A stretch of 32,571 nt of DNA from Candidatus Latescibacterota bacterium (GTDB taxonomy: Bacteria > Latescibacterota > UBA2968 > UBA8231). This document shows, piece after piece, positions 22,354-31,642 of this stretch. The notes under the pieces were generated by a model. That model saw only the letters and a list, made by a program, of their open reading frames with translations. It made no database searches and had not been told where the DNA came from. Numbering within the stretch: position 1 is the stretch's first letter; each line of letters starts with the position of its first letter. The stretch spans positions 1 to 32,571 of the forward strand of contig CBDBIJ010000005.1 of assembly GCA_965205655.1 (NCBI GenBank). Reading direction: 5' to 3'. The position numbers and the translations under genes were made by a program.

Positions 22354-22397
22354 CTATATCGCGCTATATGCGCTCCATACATATAATGGATATAATG
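22354..22397. promoter_or_regulatory. Putative promoter/operator region between the divergent TPR gene and the exported-protein cluster
   Basis: AT-rich patch with ctatat twice (22354, 22364) and atataatg twice (22381, 22390), each of the latter containing TATAAT. No clear -35 box. Confidence 0.4.
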
Positions 22398-22435
22398 CTT
22401 GCGTCCGTGTGGCTGCTAACCAAGGTCTAGGCGCG

Positions 22436-24664
22436 ATGCTACGGAAACATGACGCCGTTGCCGGATGGATTTCGGCGGCGATCCTGCTCGCCGGGACAAC
22501 GACGACATCAGCCGTCACCGATGTGATCATCGTCGGCGGTGACGAGGGTCTCACCTGGGAAAGCGGTGGGGGAGCCATCCCCGCGACGCTGATTGTGTCC
22601 GCGAAAAAGGTGGAGCGCACCAACGCGCCCGGAGGCGTGGTGGATTTCGATCCGTCCGCCAGGCCCAACTGGATATTTCCGAAGCAGGCGGACCCATCCG
22701 ATAACATTCTGATCGGCTTCGATTCCGACGCCCGCGGGGGCAAGGTCGAAACGCCCATCCCTTCTTTCCGATATCTTGAGAGCAGCTTTCCCAACCTGTA
22801 CGACAACGACGGCGACACGGCGCTAGAGGTGATTGTCGAGTCGGGCGCGTTCGGTCTCATCATTCAGTTCGACTTGGGCGCCGTTTTCGGCGTCAATCGA
22901 CTCCGTTTCTTCCCGCGCAACGCCGCTCCCGATTTCCCGTCTCGGCTGTTTCCCAATCAGCGGAAGTTCCTGAAGGGTTTCGAGCTGTTCGTCAACGACG
23001 GCGCGCCAGAGTCGATACGAGACGAGGCCTTCATCTGGGAGACGATCGCCCTCGAGGGACAGAACGACGAGCCAGTGGTCGACGTACATATCCCGACCCG
23101 TTTCGTCCGCCACATCCGGCTGAAATCCCTTACTCAAGCCGGCTTCGAAATGGCCGAATTCCAGGTGTTCACCGAAGGGTTCGTGCCGCAGGCCCTCTAC
23201 GTGTCGAACATCTTCGACTTCAGAAAGAAGACCATCCTGGGCAACCTGCGCTACATCCAGGAGCAGGTCGGCGACCCACAGCGATCCCAGGTGCAGATCC
23301 GCACCCGCCTGGGAATCGATCCCGATCCGGTTGAGTACACGCGTATCGGTGTACAGACTTCCGGGAGGGTGGTCAGGAGAGGGGCTGATTTCGAGTCTGT
23401 TCCGATCGACGTACCCTGGATGAAAGCTGAAGACGTCGACGAAAGCCGGCTCAGCAACCTGATAGAGACCGTCCTGGATAATGCGGAGAACGACGGACGT
23501 GAGTCCCTGCTCATGTACAAGAGCCTGTCCCTCGAAGATCGAGAAGAGATCACGCTCGACCAGGACAGGTATTTCGATCTCGAAAACGAGGAGCGTTCGA
23601 GCATCCGCGACGATCTGACCAACTGGAGCCCGTGGTCGCCTCCGTACCCCGTGGAGGCGGTTGTCGAGGAGGGCCAACTCCGGGAATCGTCGATGGGTGC
23701 GGCGATCTTTGCCGCCGAGCCACGCCGATACTTCCAGTTCAGGGTCGAATTCTCCAGCGAGATTTTCAATGCCGGATCGGGCGTCGGCGAACTGGCCATC
23801 GACGCCTCTCGACCCGCGTTCGCTGACTCGCTCGTAGCCGAGATCTTCCCTCGTTCCAGCGTCTCAGGGGAAGAAACGGATTTCACCTACGCGGTGCGAT
23901 ACACGAGCAAAGGGTTGGACGCGGGCTTCGATCGATTCCATATCACGACTCCCTTAAAGGTGCGGGACATCGGCAAGGTACAGATCATTGGCGCGGGCGA
24001 TTCCATCGAACGGGAAGCGGATTTTACGGGTGCCTCTCTGGAGCAGCTGCCCGTGTCCCGAAGCGAGGTCGCGGTGACGGAAGTGACTGACGAGGGTTTT
24101 ACCCTCTCCTTCCCGCGCATCAGGACGAGCGGCACTGTGCTCAAAGTTGAATTCAGAAGCACCGTACTGAGGGTATGGACGCGCTTCGGCGGCGAGGCGC
24201 TGAATTCAGACGATCTGGCCTCCGGCCAGGCGGCAGTCGCGGGCAATGCGGCCGACTTGAGTCTGCCGGGGCTCGAAGATCCCGACACGGAGGCGATAGG
24301 CACCTCAATCGCCAGAAATCTGTTCGTCGACGTGCCGGTCGTAAACGCCCTTCTGATCAACGTCTCGGCGGGCTCCGGCGTGTTCACCCCCAACGGCGAC
24401 GGAGTCAATGACATCGCGGCGATCGAGTACGACATCACCAATATCGGCACGTCCACACACGTGGAGGTTACGGTATTCGATCTTTCCGGGAGGCGGGTCA
24501 GGGCATTCAGTCAACTCCAGGACAGCGGCCGCTACGCCCAGACGTGGGACGGCCGCGACGAAGCCGGCAATATGGTACCGCCAGGCAACTATCTCTATGT
24601 GGTGGAGCTCGAAGCGGGAATCGGCTCCGAGAAGAAACCGGGGATACTCAGCGTCGCCTATTGA
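22436..24664 (+). CDS. Exported protein with discoidin/F5-8-like jelly-roll region and C-terminal FlgD-Ig (T9SS-CTD-like) domain
   Basis: Signal peptide MLRKH...AAILLAGTTTTSA; IQFDLGAVFGVNRLRFFPR...RHIRLKS...EMAEFQVF; C-terminal FTPNGDGVND...VFDLSGRRVR...WDGRDEAGNMVPPGNYLY. Confidence 0.8.
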   Translation: MLRKHDAVAGWISAAILLAGTTTTSAVTDVIIVGGDEGLTWESGGGAIPATLIVSAKKVERTNAPGGVVDFDPSARPNWIFPKQADPSDNILIGFDSDARGGKVETPIPSFRYLESSFPNLYDNDGDTALEVIVESGAFGLIIQFDLGAVFGVNRLRFFPRNAAPDFPSRLFPNQRKFLKGFELFVNDGAPESIRDEAFIWETIALEGQNDEPVVDVHIPTRFVRHIRLKSLTQAGFEMAEFQVFTEGFVPQALYVSNIFDFRKKTILGNLRYIQEQVGDPQRSQVQIRTRLGIDPDPVEYTRIGVQTSGRVVRRGADFESVPIDVPWMKAEDVDESRLSNLIETVLDNAENDGRESLLMYKSLSLEDREEITLDQDRYFDLENEERSSIRDDLTNWSPWSPPYPVEAVVEEGQLRESSMGAAIFAAEPRRYFQFRVEFSSEIFNAGSGVGELAIDASRPAFADSLVAEIFPRSSVSGEETDFTYAVRYTSKGLDAGFDRFHITTPLKVRDIGKVQIIGAGDSIEREADFTGASLEQLPVSRSEVAVTEVTDEGFTLSFPRIRTSGTVLKVEFRSTVLRVWTRFGGEALNSDDLASGQAAVAGNAADLSLPGLEDPDTEAIGTSIARNLFVDVPVVNALLINVSAGSGVFTPNGDGVNDIAAIEYDITNIGTSTHVEVTVFDLSGRRVRAFSQLQDSGRYAQTWDGRDEAGNMVPPGNYLYVVELEAGIGSEKKPGILSVAY

Positions 24665-24711
24665 CGGCGGGCGGCATACGGCTGCCACCCCGATTGGAGA
24701 AGAGATCTGTT

Positions 24712-27495
24712 TTGGATATTCATCGCAAAGGCCTCGTCCTCGGTCTGGTGTATCTGACGCTGGCCGCAACGGTCCTCGCCCAGGACTATGGCGCCCGACT
24801 CGGCGTCAAACGTGGAGGCACGGTAAGCTTCGAGCCTTCGGGGCCGGGCGTCTTGTTCGGCGCCCTCGATCCAACTGTGCGGCGCTGGTTCGTCCCTCAG
24901 GAACTCTACAACGAGTACCGCTGGCGCCAGTGGGAATACTCGAACTACGCGCGCGCTCCGTATCAGCGGTACGTCAACACGGCGCTCCAAGGGGACTACT
25001 TCTACGACTCTTTCGGCGATTTCGTGAGCCGCGGCTGGCTGATCTACGACTGGCGTGAAAACCGGCCCGCGAAAGAAGGCAGCAGCATTTTCAAAGGTTC
25101 GAACTTCGCCGGCTTTTTCAGCAATCTCACGGTCAGCAGCGACTCCCGGGGTCAGTACGACTATGCCATCACGGTGGGCAATCGGATCCGCACAACGCTG
25201 ACGCCGATGACGTTTTCGAAGCCCAACTTCAGCGGAATGCAGATCGATTTCGCAGCTGACAGATACTCGGCCACCATCCTGGCTTCCAGAATCAGCGACC
25301 CGACCGAGGGTGTGACCCTTTCCCCCCGGCAGTGGACCAACGCGACGAGCCTGGTCGGGGGCCGGGCGACCGTGCAGATAGGCGACTTCATCACCGTGGG
25401 TGGGACCCTGGTGGATGCGCGCAACGCCCACACCTCGCTCGACATGTTTTCGGGCAACTTCCTCGCCGGAAACCTGACCTCGGGGCAGAGCAGCACGCCC
25501 ATCTCGGCGATTGCTATCGTTCTCAGCGACGACACCCCCGAGGACGGGGTGGGCGGCGCGGTGCTGTTCCGCCACGACATACGTATCAGAAGCAAGGACT
25601 TCGAGTCCGGTCTCGAGCGGGTACAGACTCTAGAGCAGGTGGTGCGACCGGGCGCCGAATGGCCCACCGTGTTCGGGGAGTTCTCGCGCAAAGGCGTTCT
25701 GGCCGCCGACGGGGCCGAGCGCATCATCCTGAACTACGATTTCACCGATCCGGCCTACACCGGACCGGATCTCACCAGCATCACCGACGTGGAGTTCGAG
25801 TACCTGCTTGCCAACGACTACAAGGTCGAAATGTGGTCGAACCGTCAGACGGGAAGACGCGAAGTCCCGCCCGCACCTCTGACCAGCGCCGTCATCGACG
25901 AGTCAGAGCCGGTACTGCTCACCGTAAAACGGGCCAGCGGCAACATCAAAGACATTTCCAACGTGCGCGTCGTCAAATTCAACTACGGCTTGCCGACGGC
26001 GAACTTGGTAGGCGGTTTCACGATCGACGGCAGGGACGTGTTCGGGTGGGATATCAACGGCGAGTGGGATCGCAATATACGATACGCCCAGTATCCCAAC
26101 GCCGCCCTGTTCGCCACAGCCAAGGGCCACGAAATCTCATCGGAGAGTGCCGAAGCCGCGCTCCTCACGATCGCCAAGCAAGAGTATCCGTACTTCGCCT
26201 TTGGCGAGTTCTACTCCATCGATGGCGACTACTCGACGAGTGCCTTTGTGACTGACACCGATGGGGAGTTGCGGTACGACTTCCCCCTGCGATCGGTCTA
26301 CGAATTCGTCGACGACAACGACGACCACGACGGCAGGCCCGACTGGGGGCGAGTCGGCAACCAGCTCGTAGACCAGCAGGTGTTTCCGGGCTGGGACGAA
26401 AACAACGACTTCATCTCCGATTTCAACCAGAACGACAACACCGCGGTGCCCAACATCATACCCGACTACGAGGAGCCCTTTCTCAGGCACCAAGTCGATC
26501 GCCCGGAGTTCCTGTTCGGCATCGATCTCAACAACAACGGTTGGATCGACCGTTTCGAGGACGACGAGCTGCCCGATTATCCGTACAAGGCCGATCGGAG
26601 GGGCTACAACGTCTTCACCGGGGCTCACCTGACTCCGGAATCACGCGTCTTCGTCGGCCGCGTTGACGAGCGCATGTTCACCGACGATCGCGACAACCGC
26701 TCAACGTACGGGATGTTCACCTTCGACAGGGATTTCGCCGGACTGGGGAGAGTCCGGATCTTCGATATGCTCAAGCGGGTCGAAGATACGATCCCGGAGG
26801 ATCGGCGGGCACCCACGCCGTATCGAAGTGCGCCCGCACAGCCGCTGGTAAGCGATATCCTTCCCGCTCCCGACACGTGGATCAACACGGCGTGGTTGGG
26901 CTTCGACTACACCGCGATTCCGCGCCTCAAGGTGATCAGTAAGCTCAAGTACGAATTCTACAACCAGACCAAGGACGACCCCCGCGACATCGACGGGCGT
27001 CAGCTGAACGGCACGACAAGCTTCTTCGGCCTCATCAACAAGCTGGAGTACAACTATGCGATTGGGAATCTCGAGTTGCAGCCGAAATTCAAGAGCGAGC
27101 TGCTGACGCAGGACGCGTTCGCAAAAGAAGATGAGGATCGCAGGCACTGGACGGGGTTGGTCACCCTGCTGGCGCAGCTGCCCGTCCTGAGACGGAGCGT
27201 GTTAACAGGCGGCCTCGAGCTCGCCCAGTTCGCCGACAGAGAGACGGATGAGGATGAGATGGTCGACTCGGGGACGACTGGTGAAACGGGTGACGAGCGT
27301 TCGGCTATCCTGGCTCTGCAGCTCAACAACACCTCCCAGTATCTGGGGTATCGGGTCACCACCCAGGTCGGTCTGCGCTTCGGCCGCGTCTTCCGGGAAC
27401 TGGTGGAGCAAGAAGAGCCTACGGTGTACGAGAAGCGGTTCGAAGGGTGGACGGAGAAGACGAGCTTCATAACGCTCTACGCCGGGATCGATTGA
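24712..27495 (+). CDS. Uncharacterised exported protein (~927 aa), probable outer-membrane beta-barrel with D/N-rich insert; paralog A
   Basis: GGAGA RBS and TTG start, signal peptide ...LTLAATVLA|QDYG; many amphipathic strand-like segments; DDNDDHDGRPD, DENNDFISD and DLNNNGWID loops; full-length similarity to the next gene. Confidence 0.75.
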   Translation: MDIHRKGLVLGLVYLTLAATVLAQDYGARLGVKRGGTVSFEPSGPGVLFGALDPTVRRWFVPQELYNEYRWRQWEYSNYARAPYQRYVNTALQGDYFYDSFGDFVSRGWLIYDWRENRPAKEGSSIFKGSNFAGFFSNLTVSSDSRGQYDYAITVGNRIRTTLTPMTFSKPNFSGMQIDFAADRYSATILASRISDPTEGVTLSPRQWTNATSLVGGRATVQIGDFITVGGTLVDARNAHTSLDMFSGNFLAGNLTSGQSSTPISAIAIVLSDDTPEDGVGGAVLFRHDIRIRSKDFESGLERVQTLEQVVRPGAEWPTVFGEFSRKGVLAADGAERIILNYDFTDPAYTGPDLTSITDVEFEYLLANDYKVEMWSNRQTGRREVPPAPLTSAVIDESEPVLLTVKRASGNIKDISNVRVVKFNYGLPTANLVGGFTIDGRDVFGWDINGEWDRNIRYAQYPNAALFATAKGHEISSESAEAALLTIAKQEYPYFAFGEFYSIDGDYSTSAFVTDTDGELRYDFPLRSVYEFVDDNDDHDGRPDWGRVGNQLVDQQVFPGWDENNDFISDFNQNDNTAVPNIIPDYEEPFLRHQVDRPEFLFGIDLNNNGWIDRFEDDELPDYPYKADRRGYNVFTGAHLTPESRVFVGRVDERMFTDDRDNRSTYGMFTFDRDFAGLGRVRIFDMLKRVEDTIPEDRRAPTPYRSAPAQPLVSDILPAPDTWINTAWLGFDYTAIPRLKVISKLKYEFYNQTKDDPRDIDGRQLNGTTSFFGLINKLEYNYAIGNLELQPKFKSELLTQDAFAKEDEDRRHWTGLVTLLAQLPVLRRSVLTGGLELAQFADRETDEDEMVDSGTTGETGDERSAILALQLNNTSQYLGYRVTTQVGLRFGRVFRELVEQEEPTVYEKRFEGWTEKTSFITLYAGID

Positions 27496-27496
27496 G

Positions 27497-30439
27497 ATGA
27501 GGCGAAACTCTGTACACATCTGCGCCGCCGCCGCTCTGCTGCTGGGCGCCGGCAGCGCACTACAGGCGCAACAGGACTACGGTTTGCGTCTTGGAGACCG
27601 CGTTGGCGAGCGTGTGATCTACCGGGCCGGAGGCGTGGCCAACTACATGGGCGCGATGGATCCCACCATACAGCGCTGGTACCTGCCATCCGTCCACTTC
27701 AGCGAACGCGGCCGCCAGCAGTGGGAATACACCAACTGGGCAGCGCAGCGCCAACGGCGCTATGTGGACGTCGCTCTCGAGGGTAATTACTACTACGACT
27801 TTTTCGGCGAGAGAATCACCCAGGGGTGGGTGGTCTACGACTGGCGACAGACGCAGCCGGTCATCTCAGAAGGCTCGCGGGTTGCGAAGGCGAGCCGTTA
27901 TTCCCGGTGGTTCAATCGTCTGGTCCTCTCCACGGACATCAGCGGCGGTCGCGGATCCTCGATCATGGTGGGCGACGAGATCGCGATGACGCTGACCCCG
28001 ATGACCTTCCGCAAAGCCGGTTTCAACGGGCTGGTGACCGAGTACACCGAAGACCGTTTTCGCGCCACCGGGCTGTTCTCTCGAATATCCCAACCCATTC
28101 TCAGCGAAGGGGCTGGTTTCTTTCAGCACTGGACCAACCTGGTCGCCGGACGCGCCACCGCGGACGTGACCGATTTCCTCACTCTCGGCGTTACGTTCGT
28201 CAACAGTCACCACGGCACCGGTTCGAGCGAGGCCTTCCCGGGCGACTCCTTCCAGGGCGCTCTGAACGCGGAACAGCTATCCGAGCGCCTCGACCTGCTC
28301 GTCCTGCGCCTCGCCGACGACTCCCCCGAGGACAACGAGGGAGGGGCCATACTCTTCAGCAGCGACATCGAGATTTCCACGACGCTCGCCCGCGAGACGA
28401 CCGAGGATGGCGAGGTCGTGCTGGTAAAAGTCGACACGCTTATCTCAGCCAACGACATCGGATTTCGGCCGCTGATCGAGGGCGGCAAGCGGCAACAGGG
28501 CTTTCTGACCGCGGACGGTCCCGAGGAGATCGTCATGAAGTACTACCTGGGCCCCGAAGAGGGTCAGGACGAGACAGGTACTTTGAGGGCCAGCCTGCAG
28601 CAGCAGCTCGGTTTGACTCTCGACGAAGCGGAAAACGCGCTGTCGGCGATCAGGAACGTGCGCTTTCGACTGGTGCTCGGCAACGACTACCGCGTGGAAA
28701 TGAGCTCCGATCGGCAAACCGACCGGTTCGGAGTGCCGCAGTTCAGACTGGTCACCAGGGCCGATCGCAACATCAAGAATCAGCTGAATCAGCAAGAGGT
28801 CGTCTTCGACTACGGCATTCCCACGGCCAACCAGATCATCGGCCTGACGACCGAGATCAGCGATTTTCACGGCGTCGATTTCTACGGCGAGGTCAACGTC
28901 AATACCGAGTACCGGAAATACCCCGCCATCGGCCGCAGTCGGCACAAGGCCTTGTCAGGTATCGAGGGTGACCGCAATTCCCTGGGCTGGATGGCCAATC
29001 TGTCCTGGAGGAAGGGGCCCTGGTCTCTGTTTGCCGAAGGGTTCGGAATGGAGGACGGGTATTCGACGAGCATCAAGCCGCTGCGCCAGAGGGGAACGAC
29101 GGACTACTCGCCCGAGGCGACCAACCTGCTGTACGACTACGTCGACGACAACGACGATCACGACAGGCACCCGGATCAGCTGCGCGTGGGAGAGGGAAGT
29201 CTCATCCCGCAGTCTTTCCAGCGGGCACCGACCGTCAAGGCACAGGGCGTCGCCGATCCCGAAGTGTTTCCCGGGTATGACGAGAACGGCGATTTCATAT
29301 CCGACTTCAATCAGAACAACATATTCGATCGCAGGAACTTCTTCCCCGACTACGACGAGCCCTTCCTGCGCTACCGCAGCGATCGTCCCGAATTCCTGTT
29401 TGGAATCGACCTCAACAACAACGGCTGGGTCGACCGCTTCGAGAACGACAACGAGCCGGACTATCCCTACAACAAAGACCACTGGGGGCACAACATTTAC
29501 GGCAGCGCCGAGATCACTCCCGCATCGAGGTTTCGCGTGGGCCAGCTGCGGCAGGAGAGGAAGAAGAGCGCGAGCGAGAACACGACGACATACGCCATCG
29601 TCACCTTCGACAACGACTGGGCGAGCTGGGGCCGCGTGCGGGCATTCGACATGCTCAAGAGAGCCGAGGACGACATTCCCGATCACCTCGTTCAGTGGGT
29701 CATACCTCGCACCGAGTTCGGCTCCGCGTCCGAGTCGAGCGGCCGGCTGGAAGCGGTAGAAGACCCCCTGGCTGCCGCGGACACCTGGATCAACACGCTG
29801 TACGGGGACTGGAACTACGAGAGCCGTCGCGGGTGGTCGACGTTTCACCGCTTCAAGTGGGAGACATGGCGCCAGCAGGATACGGATGTGGAGTTCCTGC
29901 TGGATGATTCGGGTGCGAGGACTCTCGACGACGAAGGGAATCCCGTCGTCCTCTTCGATCCGCTCGGACCGGAGGGGCGCAACGGCCGCGAGCAGTCCGG
30001 CGTCTTCGGGGTCATCAACAAAGTTGACTACGTGCTCTATCTCGGATCACTACGGGTAGATCCACGTTACAAGAGCGAGTTCCTGAGGGAGACGCCATTC
30101 AGCCTCGACCTGACGAAGAGGCGCTCCTGGGATTCGATATTCTTCCTGCGATTGAGCTTTCCGGCCCTGCGTTCCACCGTGCTTCAGGCGGGGCTGGAAC
30201 AACGATTCTTCTTCAACCTCAAGGGAGACGAACGCGATATCGACGCCGGCGAGCGCACCGGCGACCTGCACGGCTCGGCGCTGGCCCTGCAGCTGACCAC
30301 AAGGAGCAAGTATCTGGGATACAACATGACCACTCAGCTCGGGATCAGGATCGATCGTCGTTCACTGGAGATCGCCGACGAAAAAAGGGAAAGCGAGACC
30401 TCAGGACTGTCATTCGTGTCTATTTTCGCCGGGCTGTGA
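27497..30439 (+). CDS. Uncharacterised exported protein (980 aa), probable outer-membrane beta-barrel with D/N-rich insert; paralog B
   Basis: Signal peptide MRRN...AALLLGAGSALQA|QQDYG; starts 1 nt after the previous stop; shares TLTPMTF, NDYxVEM, YGxPTAN, DRPEFLFGIDLNNNGWxDRFE, FDMLKRxED, DTWINT and YLGYxxTTQxG with paralog A. Confidence 0.78.
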   Translation: MRRNSVHICAAAALLLGAGSALQAQQDYGLRLGDRVGERVIYRAGGVANYMGAMDPTIQRWYLPSVHFSERGRQQWEYTNWAAQRQRRYVDVALEGNYYYDFFGERITQGWVVYDWRQTQPVISEGSRVAKASRYSRWFNRLVLSTDISGGRGSSIMVGDEIAMTLTPMTFRKAGFNGLVTEYTEDRFRATGLFSRISQPILSEGAGFFQHWTNLVAGRATADVTDFLTLGVTFVNSHHGTGSSEAFPGDSFQGALNAEQLSERLDLLVLRLADDSPEDNEGGAILFSSDIEISTTLARETTEDGEVVLVKVDTLISANDIGFRPLIEGGKRQQGFLTADGPEEIVMKYYLGPEEGQDETGTLRASLQQQLGLTLDEAENALSAIRNVRFRLVLGNDYRVEMSSDRQTDRFGVPQFRLVTRADRNIKNQLNQQEVVFDYGIPTANQIIGLTTEISDFHGVDFYGEVNVNTEYRKYPAIGRSRHKALSGIEGDRNSLGWMANLSWRKGPWSLFAEGFGMEDGYSTSIKPLRQRGTTDYSPEATNLLYDYVDDNDDHDRHPDQLRVGEGSLIPQSFQRAPTVKAQGVADPEVFPGYDENGDFISDFNQNNIFDRRNFFPDYDEPFLRYRSDRPEFLFGIDLNNNGWVDRFENDNEPDYPYNKDHWGHNIYGSAEITPASRFRVGQLRQERKKSASENTTTYAIVTFDNDWASWGRVRAFDMLKRAEDDIPDHLVQWVIPRTEFGSASESSGRLEAVEDPLAAADTWINTLYGDWNYESRRGWSTFHRFKWETWRQQDTDVEFLLDDSGARTLDDEGNPVVLFDPLGPEGRNGREQSGVFGVINKVDYVLYLGSLRVDPRYKSEFLRETPFSLDLTKRRSWDSIFFLRLSFPALRSTVLQAGLEQRFFFNLKGDERDIDAGERTGDLHGSALALQLTTRSKYLGYNMTTQLGIRIDRRSLEIADEKRESETSGLSFVSIFAGL

Positions 30440-30627
30440 GCAGAAACAATTGATAACTCATTTGGATTAATTGAGCTTATAGAACTTTTGCCCGAACGCC
30501 AGCTCACGACTTGATGTTATCTGCTTGACTTCGGCCGTGCAAATCCGCTACTTACCTCGTAGCGAAGGATCACAATCCCGCCACTATTGCCTCGCCACAA
30601 CCGTTCCTATATGGGGAGATGCCGACC

Positions 30628-31527
30628 ATGAAGAAGACGTCCTTGCTACTGACAGCCATAGCTGCGGTATTCGCACTGAACTCGGCCGCATCAGCGCATG
30701 ATCCGCCGGATTTCCTGGGCGGCGTGTGGCAATGGCCGGAAAACGCCCTGCCCGTCCTCGATGGCGATCTGAGTGAGTGGGAGGTCATTCCCTCCGATCT
30801 GTGGATCACCGAGCAGGACGTGGTACAAAGCAACGGTGCCCCGAGCACCTACAGCGGCGACCTCGATGTATCATCCATCGCTTTCCGCTGGACGATTGCC
30901 TGGAACGAGGAGACCAATCGCACCTACCACGCCTTTGAGCGGTTCGACGACATTGACCTGGGCGCCCATGAGACCTACGAGGTGGGCATGGATGCAGATC
31001 ACGCCGGTGGCTTCATGTGGGACACAGAGGGCATGACCGACGAGGAGAAACAGCGTGCCCGCGGTCGCAATGCCCAGCCCTACCACTATGCGTTCGACGA
31101 AGGTTTCACTGAGAACTGGTCGTGGTTCTGGATGACCGCGGCCGACTGGTACCGCACTCCCGAGTACACCGACAATGGCCACCGGGTAGAGGGCGTTTCC
31201 GGCTCGGGAGGCGAGACGCGTGTGTTTGCTGAGTGGTATAATGTTTGGTGGGACGATTTCAACTGGGAGGATCCCAACTCCCCCCAGCACGACTTCGAAG
31301 TCGATGAAATTGTTGGCTGGACCGTCGAGGTGTTCGACATCGATGGCCCGCTTGAAGACGACTGCAACTGCTACTCGCGCTGGACCCTCGGCCCGAACGA
31401 CGAGAATTTCGGCGATGCCGACTTCTACCCCGACTTCATCCTGCTGCCGGTCGACGAGAGCGCCGATTTCGTGACGGCAGTCGAGGAAGACAGCTGGGGC
31501 AGAATCAAGACATCCCTCGGCAGATAG
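30628..31527 (+). CDS. Exported acidic, Trp-rich protein with CBM9/DOMON-like start and C-terminal TAVEEDSWGRIK motif
   Basis: RBS GGGGAG; signal peptide MKKTSLLLTAIAAVFALNSAASA; PVLDGDLSEW motif typical of CBM9/DOMON-like ligand-binding domains. Confidence 0.72.
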   Translation: MKKTSLLLTAIAAVFALNSAASAHDPPDFLGGVWQWPENALPVLDGDLSEWEVIPSDLWITEQDVVQSNGAPSTYSGDLDVSSIAFRWTIAWNEETNRTYHAFERFDDIDLGAHETYEVGMDADHAGGFMWDTEGMTDEEKQRARGRNAQPYHYAFDEGFTENWSWFWMTAADWYRTPEYTDNGHRVEGVSGSGGETRVFAEWYNVWWDDFNWEDPNSPQHDFEVDEIVGWTVEVFDIDGPLEDDCNCYSRWTLGPNDENFGDADFYPDFILLPVDESADFVTAVEEDSWGRIKTSLGR

Positions 31528-31549
31528 ACGATTCCCAGCCGGCTTTTGT

Positions 31550-31593
31550 AGAAGGGATGGATCCGTTGTGGATTCATCCCTTCTTTGTATTTT
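31550..31593 (+). terminator. Rho-independent terminator-like hairpin
   Basis: 15-bp stem agaagggatggatcc / ggattcatcccttct (one G-U pair), 5-nt loop, followed by ttgtatttt; begins ~20 nt after the stop at 31527. Confidence 0.75.
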
Positions 31594-31642
31594 ACGCACA
31601 GAGAAATGGCTCTCGGAGTAAACGCGACGGACGGTGGCTGAG

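Noticed and set aside
24544..24711. N-terminal extension of the 983-aa ORF
   Set aside because: It overlaps the upstream gene's 3' end. The RBS and signal peptide point to a start near 24712.
16324..30439. Diversity-generating retroelement (template/variable repeat) explaining the paralogous segments or adenine-biased changes
   Set aside because: No reverse transcriptase in the window, and the paralogs differ at all base types over kilobases rather than only at adenines in a ~100-bp repeat.
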